Shown: positions 12,833 to 25,647, counted from the stretch's first letter. The stretch: DNA of 64,000 nucleotides from Epithemia pelagica (GCA_946965045.2 OX337229.1:6200001-6264000), one strand, 5' to 3'. Translations and numbers: made by a program. The notes: generated by a model not told the origin, from the sequence alone.

Positions 12833-15800
12833 TTAGACAATTTCATCATGGGAAGCACCACGAATGTTGTTTGTGGGTATGGCACGAACGGGTGGAGCTT
12901 GTTCGGGAATGTCTTGAAATTTGACCGACTTGTTGCTCGTTGACGACACACCCACGGCAACCGTGGTGGTCACGAGTGGGATACCGTTCCGGTCTTCGAG
13001 GCTGCCATCGGATTTGGTTTCGTTCACAAATACGGTACTTGTAGTACCTTCCTCCTGGTGGTGGTCGTCCGGTGACAACAAGTCTTGAGCAACCCAATAG
13101 GTTTCCATTTTCCCCTTGCCCTTGACTGTGATTTTGCCTCGACGTGATACTTGGAGTTGAGGATTTTGATCCATGAGTAATTGCGCTGTGAAACTGGAAC
13201 ACTGAATCCGTCCCGCTTCCGACAAACTTTCCATGCGAGACGCTGTATTGACGGAATCTCCAAACAAGCAATATCGAGGATTGCGACTGCCCACCACATT
13301 GGCCACGACGGGACCGGAATGCATACCAATGCGCAAATTGACCCGTCCCAATGTGGGAGCCGACGGATCAATCCACGTGTCTTGTGCCGCACGCATGGCA
13401 TCCACGGAAAAGGCCACAATCCGTGCGGCATGATCCGGTTGATCCTTGGACAAGTTGGTGACACCCATCCACGAATCACCAATCGTTTCCACCTTGAAAA
13501 CATCGTGTTTGTGAGAAATTTCATCAAACTTTGTATACAAGCGATCCAACATGTCGGAAATTTTCATGGCCGATAAGGACGATGCAATGTTGGTAAAGCC
13601 CACAATGTCAGAAAAGACAATGGTCACCTCCTCCCGTGTTTCCGGTTCCACCTTTTCGCCATTCCTCAAGGCTTCCGCCACATGGGCTGGAAAGACTTCT
13701 TCCAGCAAGCCATCGGTACCACCAGTGTTTTTGACCCGTTGCATCGAGACGGATCGTCGTGTGGGTTCGACGCGAGCCGCATTGAGGGATTTGAGTTTCA
13801 TATCCAATTCACGACACGAGGGACGTTTCGCCGGATCCTTGTCCCAGCACTTTTTCATTAATCGTTCCATTTCCACCGGACAGCCTTCGGGAGTGGGTGG
13901 TCGTTTGCTCACCATATTGTCCAATACCTTGCCCAAGACGGAAGCCAAGTCTTCGCCCTCGTAGGGATTTTTGCGGGCATAGACTTCGTACAGAATGATT
14001 CCCACGGCATACATATCGGATTGCGTCGTATTGGTGGTTTCCCGACGTAGCAATTCAGGAGCCATCCAATACGGTGTCCCCGTTGCACCCAAGCGCTTCT
14101 TTTCCGACAAACCAAAATCCGCCACCTTGGCTCGCAACCGACTGTCGACCGAGATGTTACGGGCCTTGAGATCGCCATGGACCACCTGAGGATTGGCCGA
14201 ATGCAAAAATCGAAGGCCCTGCGCAAGGTCGCGCAAAATAAAGAGAATTTGTTCGCCATCCAAGCACACGGTATTGTTTTGGAGCAAATCGTACAAGGAT
14301 CCGTGGTCCATGTATTCCATAATCAACATGGGTTCTTCTCGACGACTAATGACGGCGCCTGGTGTAGTACAAACGAGGAGATTGGAAAAAAAAACGTGTG
14401 AGAGGTTGTTTAAAGGTTCGCTTGTAGTGTAGGGACCGATGATAACGTACCCATGACGGTGGTAATATTGGGATGCCGAAGTTTACTCAAGTGTCTCATT
14501 TCTTCATTGAAATCATGCTTGAGTTTGGAGTAGTCCGTCTTTTTGTTGTATTGGAAGGCCTTGTTCCAATAGGTGGAATGATAGGCTCGCGCCGCCGATT
14601 GGAGCGTTCCTTCGGGTGGGGACAAGGCCGAGTTGCCCAATTCCACATCGTCGGAATGCGTGACGGAACCTCCCAAGCTGACATGACCCCGTTCCGTCGG
14701 ATCAAACATATCCAACGCATTGACCGACATGGAACCCGACAAGGTTCCCGAGTTTCTGCGGTAGTGTTTGCGAGATCGTGGGGGAATGACACGTTTGACG
14801 GCAACTTCGGTACCTCGGTATTCCGCCAGCAGTACGAGACCAAAGGATCCACTGCCAATCACCTTGGGTGGATTTCCAAATTCCAATTCCGACTTTTGCA
14901 CATGCCAGACGGAATCGGCCTGTCGCTTTTTGCGTTCCACCAAATGCAAAAAGTAGACGGAAATGACGAGAATGACAAAGACACTGGCGCCAATCGAGAT
15001 CCAGAGATATTTGGTCGTCGTTTCACTGTCTTGGGGGACCACAACCTCGACAAAGACGGTGAGATTGGATTGCCCAATCGCAAAGGCCGTATCGCACGAC
15101 TCGACCATGGCTTCAATGACAATTGTCCCACCCTTGTCGAGATCCTTGCCATTTTGGACCTGCACGTCGACCGTCGCCACCGTGGCATTGTCGTACAAGA
15201 CAATCCGCGACGGCGATAGTGCAATTTCCATTCCATCCGAGGCGGAGCTCACGCGAGGTTGGATCCATACGGCACCTCGGAGGGGCATGGAACCGAGCGA
15301 TACCGCAAAGGTTGTCTGGTAGGACGTGGTCTTGTCGGCGACCAACATGGTCTCGTCCAAGACCACTTGGGCATTGTCATCGACATGACGCGTGCGGGGA
15401 ACCCGTCCCGACACCCATCCCGCAATGGTCTGATCGGCATCTTGGTAATGTTCCGCGGAGCAACAAATCTCGGTCGGCGTTCCACTATTTTCCAGCAAGA
15501 GACAAATATGTTCGGTATTGGGGAGACGGGAATCGTAGCTAAAGTAATTGCAATCGGATCGAATGTTGCAAAATTCGGCACACTTGTACTTGTCTTCGGT
15601 CGCTTCCGACATGAAGGGCGACGACGGGGTCAGGGCATCCAGGACGGTGGCACCCAAGTACTGAATAAAATCTTGATACATGGCATCAATGCCCGGTCGA
15701 TCCGATTGGAGGTTGCAAAAGGTCAAGGACGTTGCTTGGTTGGGAGAGGACGACGACGACGACAAGTCCAACGAGTCGCCCCGACTGCAACAAATATCGG

Positions 15801-17850
15801 AAAAGGCCGACGATTGGTCCAGGACGACATTGTTGATTTGCGGCAACGCCGTGTCATCATCTTGTTCAAAGGTTACCGTTTGCAATTGTGCCAGTCCTTG
15901 GAGGGCCGTTGGCGACAAGTGCACAATGCTGGAGGGCAAATGCAGTTCTTCCAAGGTGGACAATTCCGACAAGGCTTGCGATCCCACAAACAAAATGCCG
16001 GCATTGCCGCGCAAATCCAAGACACGGGGCAACCAGGCGGGAGGTCCGGGAATGCCCGACTCGTTGGGGTTGGGGTCAAAGACATGGGGCAAGGAGACAA
16101 GATTGCGACCCCGACAATCAATGGTAAAATCCGAATTGCGACATTCGCAGACGGTGCAAAAGTTTTGGTCCGATTGCTGCTTGACAAAGGTCACGAGACT
16201 GCCCTTGGCGTCGGGGGCAATCAAGGCAATGCTATCGGCATACAATTGTTCCGTCTTGTAACAATCTCGTCCATCGGAAAAGGCAAAGTTGCAACGGGCA
16301 TCGGCGGTACAGGAATCGCAACATTCTTCAAAATTCAAAAATTCAATCCGCGTAAACGTGGCCGATCGATCGGCTCGAAAGAGCAGGTCCGATTCCACAA
16401 TGCATTGGGAGAAATCAACGCGCTCCGGATTGTACTCTGGCACGGCCTGCAAGTCTTGCAATTCAAAGGTACCAGAAATGAGCGAGCCTTGTGCGCCTTG
16501 CGAATCCATGGCGACTTCAATTTTAAAGCCCTTGACGTGCGTCGTGTCCAAATAATTGTTGCCTTCAATGCCAAACCAATTTTTGCGTTCCAATGGACTG
16601 CCACTTTGATCATCGCCACGCAATTCCAAGACAATCGTGTCTTGCTGGTTGGCCTCGTCCAAAATGTAATGAAAGGAATAGTAATTCTCGACATTGGGAG
16701 AAAAATGTCCACACTGGACCAGACAATGACTGGTATCGAGCAAGAGGAATCGCAAATGGACGCGGGTGGGCGTCGAGGCGGCTCGAATAATGTGATAATC
16801 CATTTCGAGGGCTTGGGCTTGACTCAAATTGTAAAAGGCTCGACCGGGTACGGAAAAGTCGTATTGAATAAAGCCGCCCCAGGTTTCCGTTTGTTGGACG
16901 GTATAATCGACGTAGAAACTCCCCTCGTACACGACTTGACTGGTTTGATCGGCGGACAATTGCGAGGCAAAGTAAATGGGGGTAATCAAATCATCCTGCA
17001 AGGCCGTCTCCCAGGAATTGGCTTGAAATCCCGCACTGAGCAAGGTGCCTGGTCCCTCCAAGGCTACTTGCGACACGTACAATTGACCCTGGTACTCGTC
17101 TCCAGTATCGTCGCTGTCCGTCAGTGTAAATTCCAACGACCATCCCTTGAGTTTGGCCAAATCCAATTGCGAGTTTCCCACGGCCGACAACGACGCCAAT
17201 TGCCAGTTGGCTTCTCTGTCATCCACTAGAGGAATCACGACCGTGGCCCATTCGCCGTTGGTAGTAGTGGTCGTGGGGGAAGCACTGCTGGTGGATTCCC
17301 ACGCTTCCAACTTGGTCGGATTGGCACAATCCTCGGTACAATCGGACGAATCGTACAAGGTCAATTTCCACGACACGTGCGGCGTCGCCAATCCTTGGAC
17401 CAAATTGTGTTGGTAGGAAAAGGTGACAGCCGTGGCGCCGCGACACATGTACACGGCGTGATTGGAATATTCGCCGGCGCGCCATTCGAGTTGATCGGGT
17501 GGCACACCCTGCAACAGACTGTGAATATGAATCGAATGACTGTTGCTGCTGGTCGTCGCAGTGGTCTTGCGACGATAGTCGAGCAACAAGGAGGTGGATC
17601 CATGCAAGGTCTGGTCCGTGGAAATGGTGCGATTGAGTTCCAACGAGGAGGACGGTTCGACGAGGTCAACATGGACTTGAGGATCGGCCGTCTCGTACAA
17701 ACTACCTTCGTCAAAAGGTTCCATCACATAGGAGACCAACGAGGAGGATGAAGCTGTGACTGGAAGGACTTGGACGCTCCACAGACTCAAGAGGAGCATC
17801 CACATGGTCGTTGGTCTTGTACTATTCGATCGAATCATGTTCATGGGCAA
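12833..17850 (-). CDS. Receptor-type protein kinase-guanylate cyclase: signal peptide, large ectodomain, TM, kinase, class III cyclase; 2 exons (17850-14451, 14358-12833)
   Basis: Signal peptide; TM YLWISIGASVFVILVISVYFL. Kinase GSGSFG, VAVK, HGDLKARN, DFG, GTPYWMAPE. Cyclase FSDIVGFT, VETIGD, YCLFGDSVNTASRMES (Glu/Cys guanine-specificity residues). 92-bp intron 14450-14359. Confidence 0.92.
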
Positions 17851-19105
17851 CTCTTCTTCTTCTTCTTGTTGGGGACGTCAAGAATCAATCGAGAGGGGAT
17901 CACAATAAGGTTGCTGGCTTGCCAAGCAACAATGTTCTGACTGGAGTAGAAAAAGTCTAGAGCCTGACTGGGTTGGTTGATTTGGGGTTCGAAGGACTTG
18001 GCCCGTCTTCTTCTCCAAGAGATATCCATATATTCGACAAGAGATATCCATGAACACCCAATACTGCTTGTCCAAGTCGTCTTCTCTCTCTATTGGATAT
18101 CGAGGTGAGAGAAAAAGAAGCCAAACGCAATCTCACTTGCTTCTTCTTTGTCAAGTGTCTCGTTGGAGAGTGCTGATATCCAGATCCCATCCATCGAACG
18201 CCCAACCAAATGTTGTACTCGTATAGCTAATCGTATCCAGTCTTAAACCCAACAAGCCAGTGTGGACAAATGACTACTCCTTGCAAAGTATCACAAGGCT
18301 TAACAAAGAAGCGCGACTGATAACCGTTAAGTACCTATGGTCTTAACACTTCGGATCTTCGGAGGATTAAGTATGAGTACATTACATTTACTCGTAGTAT
18401 TAGGCAAACGGTTTTGCCGAATCTTCAAAAGTATCTGCGATTCGATAAACAATGAAAAGTAGTAGGGGCTAATGATAATCTGCACGCTATTCCGAAATCG
18501 ACACTACCAACCGTTTTTCGATCTAAAAGATATGGCTGGGTATTGTATATTGTATTAGTGGATCACTCGGTAAGCGGACGCGCAGATCCAGCGCTGAAGA
18601 AACTCTCGCAGAGATTTTGCTGGTGTTGGAAAGGTAAGCAGGAAAGCGCTACATTGTACATTGGTCACCGACCGTTGCATGTTGCTCCACACTACTACTA
18701 CTGACCCTGTGACATTCATTTGTTGGGGACTCCAGTTGTCATATTATAAAGTCAATGATACAACAAGACTCACAGATCCTTTGGCGTCATGGTGGAAGAT
18801 GAAAGTTCGTGAATATCCCAACAACATTTGGCGCCTAACTAGAAACGATCTTGCTTTTGCCTGCGACTGCTGCCTCTTCGGAACGGGCGTTCCGTCTTGC
18901 AGGACTGATCCTATCTGCGAAACAAGCATGCATCACTGGACCCTTCCACCGTTACAGATTTACAGTTTTGATGTGAGAATTGCGAACAAGTGTTCTCACC
19001 ATACACAAACGTGTTCTCACCAGAGTATCCTACTCCTACTCTTAGCTTCTAGAGCTAAGTATTTTCATCCTGGTAGCACAGGTAGTCTTTTCTCCAGCGG
19101 ATGCG

Positions 19106-19645
19106 TGTTACAATTCTTTCTGAATCGTAGGGACATTGATGCTCGGTAGAGCAGACAATCAGGTAGGTCACCAACCGATACAAGCTTCTCAGGGTCAGAG
19201 AAGCAAGCAAGTCGAAGTCTATCAGAAGGATAGTCGGGACACAAAAGAGGATGTGATAAATGGTGATATTGTTAGATTGTGTGTTGATTACTACGATAGG
19301 TCTACGTGAAATGTTCGGTCCTGCCAAGGGTCATGTGTCATAGGTTCTTGGCGGCAACAGGTTTGGAATAGTTGGAGTCGATTCATGTGATGTATATGAC
19401 ATGTATATGTGGGCGGATAACATATACAGGGTCAACAGCTCTTGCTTTGGGTTGGCATAGTTGTTTTCATGGCGCGCAGCTTGTTGACAATTTCATGATT
19501 TGCGAAGAAATATAGGTCGATATAGCGCGAAGCTAGGGAACATAGCTCGAAGCTAGATGGCATGATGCGATAGCACGAGGCTATGTGACATGGGGAATCG
19601 ATGAGATGTAGAATCTAACCACCATAGACGGTGAGAATTCTAACA
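19106..19645 (-). repeat. 3' LTR of Copia element 1
   Basis: Apparently identical by eye to 26464-27003. Confidence 0.96.
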
Positions 19646-22600
19646 CTCCCCACAACTCGTCGTTTCAGCCTTGTCATCATTGGATTTGTTGAGGTCTTGA
19701 ACTTCTCCTTTCCAAAACAACAATGGCTTGAGCATGGGCCAAATAGATACGAAATCCCAATGTTTGCTAAGGATATCGGCAGGGTTGGTCTTTCCATCTT
19801 TCCAGTAGAATGCAACATACTTTGCTGCGATGGCTTCACGAACTCGGTGGTATGACAGAAGATGGTGTCTCTTGGATAGTATGGAATGAGGAACGGTTGC
19901 ATTGAGCACAACAGATCTGTTATCTCCGTACATGTAACTTCGCTCTCGGATAGGTACTCCAAGGTAGCGGAGAGAATGTCGTAATTCTGTAATCTGATCT
20001 ATTGCTGTCCTTGCAGCCACAAACTCGGATCCATAGGTAGCAGTTTCCACCGTGCTCTGTCTCTTGCTGTACCAGTCAATAGGTGTTCCGTTCAACAAAT
20101 GTAGAACAGCAGTGACGGATTTACCAGTGACTATGTCATGCATGAGATTGGCATCAACATAATGAGTTGTGGTAACATAACGGCCAAGAGGTGTTGGGCA
20201 GTCTTCAGGAATACGTTCACTTGCATTCGAATAGACAGTGCGAGTCCAATCAAATTCTTGGGTAGGAAGACTTGAATAATCAGGCTCTCCAATCCTAAAT
20301 CTGATTGCGCCTTCTGGGAGATGTGCAAGGTATCCATAGATACGCTTGGCTCTATCAAGATGTCCTTTCCTCGGAGCAGCACGAAAGCGTGATAGCGTCA
20401 TTGTAGCGGTGAAGACGTCGAAACGACCAATAGTGATCACCCATTGGAGTTGTCCAATCAGAGTTTGGAAATGGCTAGTACCTTCTTCATCAAGGAGCTC
20501 AGAATCATCCAATTCAGGATGGTCTCCACCAATAAGAGGTGTTTTGGCTTTCTTGGGTTTCTCCTTGAAGATTCGTTCGAAAGTGTCCATCATCTTACCA
20601 ATGTAGCGTCTTGGATCTGCTACTAATGTTCCATCAGAATCCTTGGTGTAACAACATCCCAAGTGAAAATCAATAGGTCCATCTCCTTTGAGTTTGAAGT
20701 TGTATTTCTCCTTCAGGATCTTGCAGATATTCCCAGGATCAATAGAAATAATGGCTAAGTCATCAACGTATACGGCAATGTATTCGTAACAGTCTTCTCC
20801 AGGTGCCTTCCTCATCCAGATATCCGGATCTGCTTTGCTTGGTGAAAATCCCATGTCTGTCAAAACATCGAATAAGACATCATGCCAGCGTGCGCCTGAT
20901 GACTTCAATCCATAAAGTGCCTTGTATATAATCAGGATGTGACCTTCTAATTCCTTGAATTCAGGTCCTGCGACAATGAAAATTTTCTCCCCTGTCAAGG
21001 CTTCCAGATATGCGTTTCCAATATCTGCTCCCCATATTTCCAAGTCATTCAAAGTACCCAGGAATAAGGCAATGCGGAGGTTGCGAATGGAAACAACACC
21101 TGAATAGATTGTCTCAACAGGTTCTTTTGTGAGATGTCCATCTGCGACAAGTCTTGCTTTATGTCGTCCATCATGTTTTACGTCAAAGACAAGATGTACA
21201 CGTATCTTATGATATCCTTCAGGTGCATTGGATACTTTCCCTTTAATGAAGATGGCTTTCCCAAAATCCTTGAATGTCTTGTAGGACTGGATCTGTGACA
21301 ATTCTAATTCTGTTGCATCTTGCCACTTTGTGTTGCCATGTTGTTTATCAAGAGCGACAGCTTCCTCATAATTGCGTGGTACTTGGAATCCAAACTTATA
21401 CTTGACGGAATGGTGAACTTGTTTAATCCTTGACTGTTTGGCTGCTCGAATGAGACGTTTGCTTGTTTTGACATAACGTTTCAAATGCTTCCATCCAGGT
21501 TCGTTGAGTAAACCATGTTTCTTTCCATAAATTGCTACAGTGATCGGATCATCATTGGCGATGAGTGATAAAGGTTCATAGGTAGTCTCCCCAGTTTCCC
21601 AATCAACAAGCAAATTATATTTGCTCCCCTTGTAATCTGGATCAGTTGTGTTCAGTGGGCCTTGATGGGCGATGACATCCCTGAACCTGAAAAGATTATC
21701 TCCAGAGGTTTGAGCTTGGTTATCTCGTTCGATATACTCCATGAGTTGATTATAGGATATCATCTCATCAACATCAGAATTTGTCTTTCGGTAGATGTAT
21801 TTGACACGTTCTTCCTGTTTCGTTGCTTCTTCATTAAGATCAATGACTCGTTTGATGACACGTGCACGATGTAGCTCCCCATTTTCTTCTGTGTCGCATA
21901 GGAATGTGCGTCCTATCATGTCGTCAAAATCGATCGTGGACATTGGTTTGGATGGATCTTCACTATCACTGCGAATGAAGACAGTGTCAGCTTGCTTATC
22001 ATTGTCATCCTTCTCAGACGAATCCTCCCCTGAAGGTCGATCCACACGTAGGTTAGGTGTAGTGGATTCAACACGGCGAACGGCAGAACGGTAGATTATC
22101 TGGTTATCTTGGGTGAGAATCTTCCAAGTAAAAGAATCACCAACGTTGTGAGCAAAACCAACCCAGTGGCCAAGTTTCTCATCAGAAGAAGATGGATATG
22201 AACCAGAATTGGGTTCAGCGGGGTCGACACGGTAGTAAACCTCATCCCAGAAAGGAAAGAACAAGAGATGAGTAATGTCGGGTGGGCGTCCGGAGAGAGC
22301 CTCAAGAGGAGTGCGACCGGAATGGGTGGGTGATGACGTATGGTTCAATAAGTCACAGACATACTCAAGGCAAAGAAGCCAGGTGTTGGCAGGGCAACCA
22401 GTGGCATTCATGAGAGCGTTGGTCATACGTTTAACGGTCTGGTAACGGTTTTCAGCCTTATTCTGGTGTTGATGATAAGGTTCAGATCGATACTCCCCAA
22501 TAAGCAAAGTGCGAAGAATGTCTTTGACCTTTTGAGAGATGAGAGATGAACCACCATCACTGATAAGAGTCTCCATGGCACCACGAAACCTGATGTTATC

Positions 22601-25327
22601 CTGAAGAGTATTGACAAACTGTTTGGTTGACTTGATCCCATAGATATCAGTAACCAGAGTATCTCGACCAACAAAGATTTGTGCGACTTTACCGCCATGG
22701 TCAACAGCAGGGGTGTCGGAGAAAACCGAGTCAGTAGCAACGGGTTCATGACGTCGAGGTATATTAAGGACCGGATTGCGAGCCTTGAAATGTTTCTTGA
22801 GGGTGTCGTGGTCAAAAGTAATGCTACCATTACGTGTAGTGTGCTTGAACGTATCGGCAATAACATCTTCAGATTGCCAACCAAAGAATGGACGGAACTT
22901 CTTCCAGTCATACGCTTCCTGGTAACGACGGTGGACAGAGGCATGAAGTGTAGGATCATTACCTTCTGCGTCAGCATAGATAGAAAAGAAGGGTGCGTCG
23001 TCAGGTCCATGATCGTATGGGAGATCCAAAAGGAGATTGAGGTTACAAACAACACGATCAGTGTACTCCCCATAGTTGTCATATGGATGGTTCGACATAC
23101 TACCATCAGTCTTGACGTGTTTCCAATCAGGATCATTGTCAGAGGGTGTGGGAGAATACGAATGGTCCAGAACACCAGGATCCCATGTGTTGGGTGACGT
23201 GAAGATGATCTGAGGTAAGGTATCCATGTCATCGTCGCTGGGGATACCCAAGGAGTGGATATAGGCTAACCCATCCTTGATGTGAAGGGGTATGGCACGA
23301 CCATCAAGTGTAGTGATGCGTTGTTTACCATCAACTTTAACAGATCGTTCATCAACAGCAAGTCCGAAATGCTCGAATTGACCAGGAGCATGGATAGATA
23401 AGCCCTTTCCATAATAAGCATATTCATTGAAGATGCCGACAATAGGTCCGTCATTGGTCTCAAACTTTGCGGCACATGTGACGACAGGAAGTCCAGTAAG
23501 TTCATGGTTATCAATACCCACAATAGTGATATGGCGGCCAGTCTTAGAAAGGATGCGCATGTCAGAACCAGCAAGTCCTCCATTAGCACCACGGTCAATC
23601 AATTGATTTCCTGGTAAAGTAGATTTCCTGGAAAACAAATAGCGTGGAACATGTCCTGCTTGTTTATGCATGTTGGCTTTGAAAGTAACCTTCTTGCTCG
23701 TCTTGGACTTGGCGTTGGAAAGAACACTAGTCAGGTCAGTTGCCGGGTGATTGATATCAGTCGTCATGGCTTGGTTGATAAATTGTGTAACCGGATCTGA
23801 ATCATCTGAATGCTCAGGGACTACGCCAGGTGAGTTGTCATCAGATGCAACTTGGTTGGGGTCAGGGTCAGGTTCCGGATCAATGTCGAGGGCATGTGTT
23901 TGCACTTTCCTCGGTGTTGTTGATGAAGGTGCTTGAATCATCTTGTTATACTCAATGATCAACTTGCGATCTTCTTCAGAAAGTTTGAACCATAGGTCAC
24001 GCGGTAGACTAACCTTGGACGAAGAGGATGGAGATTCAGATGTCGCTGTGGTGTTGTGGACATGATACTCCATATCATCTTGTGAGGTTATGTCAGCATC
24101 TGTATCTTGGCCATATAGTGATTCATGTTGTTTGACATGTCGACGGCGACTATGAACAGATGACTGGGTTGCTTGATCATGGTCATAAGCTGCGTCTAGA
24201 AGGAGACGGAAGTATGATTGATAGCAAAGGGATTTTGCACCGGATTTGGTGTTCACCACATTATCCAAGATCTTGACTCGGCGGAGATCAGGTACCTTTT
24301 CTACAGCTTGCATGAGGAAGGTCATCCTGGTATGATCAGGGATGCGATCAGACAATGTCACTAGATTGTCTAGCAAACGTAGCTGCTCTTGAAAGTGTAG
24401 AAGAAATTGACGTGTTGTTCCGCGCCATGTGTCGTCAAGACGTAGATTGGAAATGTAGTTGGTTAAACGGAGGACTTCTCGCTTTGCTAGGTCGGATTCG
24501 GTATGCAAAGAGTGTAACTTCTGCAATACGGCACGCGCATCTTCATCATGTTCATGTTCACGTACATAGGCTCGACCTTGGTCAGTCTGAATGATACGGA
24601 CAAGAACGGAGTAAAGAAATACTTGTTGCTCTTGAAAAAGTTCTTCGGCATACTCATCATCATGGGGTGGTGTGTATTTGAAATTCAGAACGTTGGATAG
24701 GCCTTGAGCCTTAGCTGTAGTCTTGAATACACGCCAGAATGAATCGTAGTATCGTTCATCCTTGAATACCTCATATGCAGTTGCGTCGCGCTTAGTTCCC
24801 TTTCTGAATGCTGTAAGGTCTTGTTGAGATTGGGATGCGGCAGTAACTGTGCTGACAGATTTCGCAGATGACGGTGACTTCATTGGCGAGACTGGGACTT
24901 GGCTAGGTGGTCCCTTAGAGAAATCTGTGTTGATCCTCCAAGTGTTGAACTCTTTCCTCGTTAGGTTCATCCAGTCGCTATTGGATAGCTCGTCTTGAAT
25001 TTCATTGGTCTTGTATGTGGCCCAATAAGCCAAGAGCTTGATCTGCTGTCTTGTGGGGCCTTGTAGATCATGTGTCTGTTTGTTGACCTTGTATTGTGTC
25101 AGTTCCTTCATGGATTCCTCGGTATTAGTTTGCATATACGAGATAACATGGGTAATGTTCTCAAAACCATGGTATTTCATCCACTTCATTAAGTAGTCGG
25201 CCCTTTCTTTGGTGAAGAATTGGCAGACAGTAAATATGATGTGGTCGAATAGGTCTGTGTCCGAGACATTGTCTTGGTTATCTTCTCCCTTAGGAGTCGT
25301 AGGTGTCTTGGGTGATTGAGGATCCAT
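19640..25327 (-). CDS. Copia Gag-Pol polyprotein (1895 aa)
   Basis: Protease DRGANGG; integrase core ATDSVF...ISDGG...NKAENRYQ; RT HKARLVADG and YVDD; RNase H DWYSKRQSTVETATYGSEF...NPADILSK. Copia domain order. The stop codon falls in the first 6 bp of the 3' LTR (TGT TAG). Confidence 0.96.
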   Translation of the reverse strand: MDPQSPKTPTTPKGEDNQDNVSDTDLFDHIIFTVCQFFTKERADYLMKWMKYHGFENITHVISYMQTNTEESMKELTQYKVNKQTHDLQGPTRQQIKLLAYWATYKTNEIQDELSNSDWMNLTRKEFNTWRINTDFSKGPPSQVPVSPMKSPSSAKSVSTVTAASQSQQDLTAFRKGTKRDATAYEVFKDERYYDSFWRVFKTTAKAQGLSNVLNFKYTPPHDDEYAEELFQEQQVFLYSVLVRIIQTDQGRAYVREHEHDEDARAVLQKLHSLHTESDLAKREVLRLTNYISNLRLDDTWRGTTRQFLLHFQEQLRLLDNLVTLSDRIPDHTRMTFLMQAVEKVPDLRRVKILDNVVNTKSGAKSLCYQSYFRLLLDAAYDHDQATQSSVHSRRRHVKQHESLYGQDTDADITSQDDMEYHVHNTTATSESPSSSSKVSLPRDLWFKLSEEDRKLIIEYNKMIQAPSSTTPRKVQTHALDIDPEPDPDPNQVASDDNSPGVVPEHSDDSDPVTQFINQAMTTDINHPATDLTSVLSNAKSKTSKKVTFKANMHKQAGHVPRYLFSRKSTLPGNQLIDRGANGGLAGSDMRILSKTGRHITIVGIDNHELTGLPVVTCAAKFETNDGPIVGIFNEYAYYGKGLSIHAPGQFEHFGLAVDERSVKVDGKQRITTLDGRAIPLHIKDGLAYIHSLGIPSDDDMDTLPQIIFTSPNTWDPGVLDHSYSPTPSDNDPDWKHVKTDGSMSNHPYDNYGEYTDRVVCNLNLLLDLPYDHGPDDAPFFSIYADAEGNDPTLHASVHRRYQEAYDWKKFRPFFGWQSEDVIADTFKHTTRNGSITFDHDTLKKHFKARNPVLNIPRRHEPVATDSVFSDTPAVDHGGKVAQIFVGRDTLVTDIYGIKSTKQFVNTLQDNIRFRGAMETLISDGGSSLISQKVKDILRTLLIGEYRSEPYHQHQNKAENRYQTVKRMTNALMNATGCPANTWLLCLEYVCDLLNHTSSPTHSGRTPLEALSGRPPDITHLLFFPFWDEVYYRVDPAEPNSGSYPSSSDEKLGHWVGFAHNVGDSFTWKILTQDNQIIYRSAVRRVESTTPNLRVDRPSGEDSSEKDDNDKQADTVFIRSDSEDPSKPMSTIDFDDMIGRTFLCDTEENGELHRARVIKRVIDLNEEATKQEERVKYIYRKTNSDVDEMISYNQLMEYIERDNQAQTSGDNLFRFRDVIAHQGPLNTTDPDYKGSKYNLLVDWETGETTYEPLSLIANDDPITVAIYGKKHGLLNEPGWKHLKRYVKTSKRLIRAAKQSRIKQVHHSVKYKFGFQVPRNYEEAVALDKQHGNTKWQDATELELSQIQSYKTFKDFGKAIFIKGKVSNAPEGYHKIRVHLVFDVKHDGRHKARLVADGHLTKEPVETIYSGVVSIRNLRIALFLGTLNDLEIWGADIGNAYLEALTGEKIFIVAGPEFKELEGHILIIYKALYGLKSSGARWHDVLFDVLTDMGFSPSKADPDIWMRKAPGEDCYEYIAVYVDDLAIISIDPGNICKILKEKYNFKLKGDGPIDFHLGCCYTKDSDGTLVADPRRYIGKMMDTFERIFKEKPKKAKTPLIGGDHPELDDSELLDEEGTSHFQTLIGQLQWVITIGRFDVFTATMTLSRFRAAPRKGHLDRAKRIYGYLAHLPEGAIRFRIGEPDYSSLPTQEFDWTRTVYSNASERIPEDCPTPLGRYVTTTHYVDANLMHDIVTGKSVTAVLHLLNGTPIDWYSKRQSTVETATYGSEFVAARTAIDQITELRHSLRYLGVPIRERSYMYGDNRSVVLNATVPHSILSKRHHLLSYHRVREAIAAKYVAFYWKDGKTNPADILSKHWDFVSIWPMLKPLLFWKGEVQDLNKSNDDKAETTSCGEC

Positions 25328-25594
25328 GGTGTTATTTGGTTGGTTCGATGTTTATTTAATGTGCGGTGTGATGTGGTTTATTTAATGTGTGATGTGATGT
25401 GAACCCGGATGTACCACGTGTGCCACGTATGTACCACGTACGTTATACCCGGATGTGTGTTGTGATGTGCGACTCCTGGAAATTTCCGTTGATTTCGACA
25501 AATTTTCGCCGAGTTTCAACAAATTTTCGCCGAATTTTCGCGATTTGACGGGAATGTGTGGCGTGTTGTGCGACCAAGGGTACCCGGATGTGCG
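25322..25594 (-). promoter_or_regulatory. Highly conserved non-coding leader upstream of gag-pol, element 1
   Basis: Near-identical to 60202-60474 of element 3, although the flanking ORF0 and Gag N-terminus are diverged. Function is inferred. Confidence 0.7.
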
Positions 25595-25647
25595 TTGAGT
25601 TTAAGTCTTGGAAAGGTTTTGAGAGGACGGGAGTTAACTATGAGTAA

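Noticed and set aside
15259-17229. 656-aa plus-strand ORF (also 14473-15219)
   Set aside because: Antisense shadow of the receptor kinase-GC gene; no motifs of its own.
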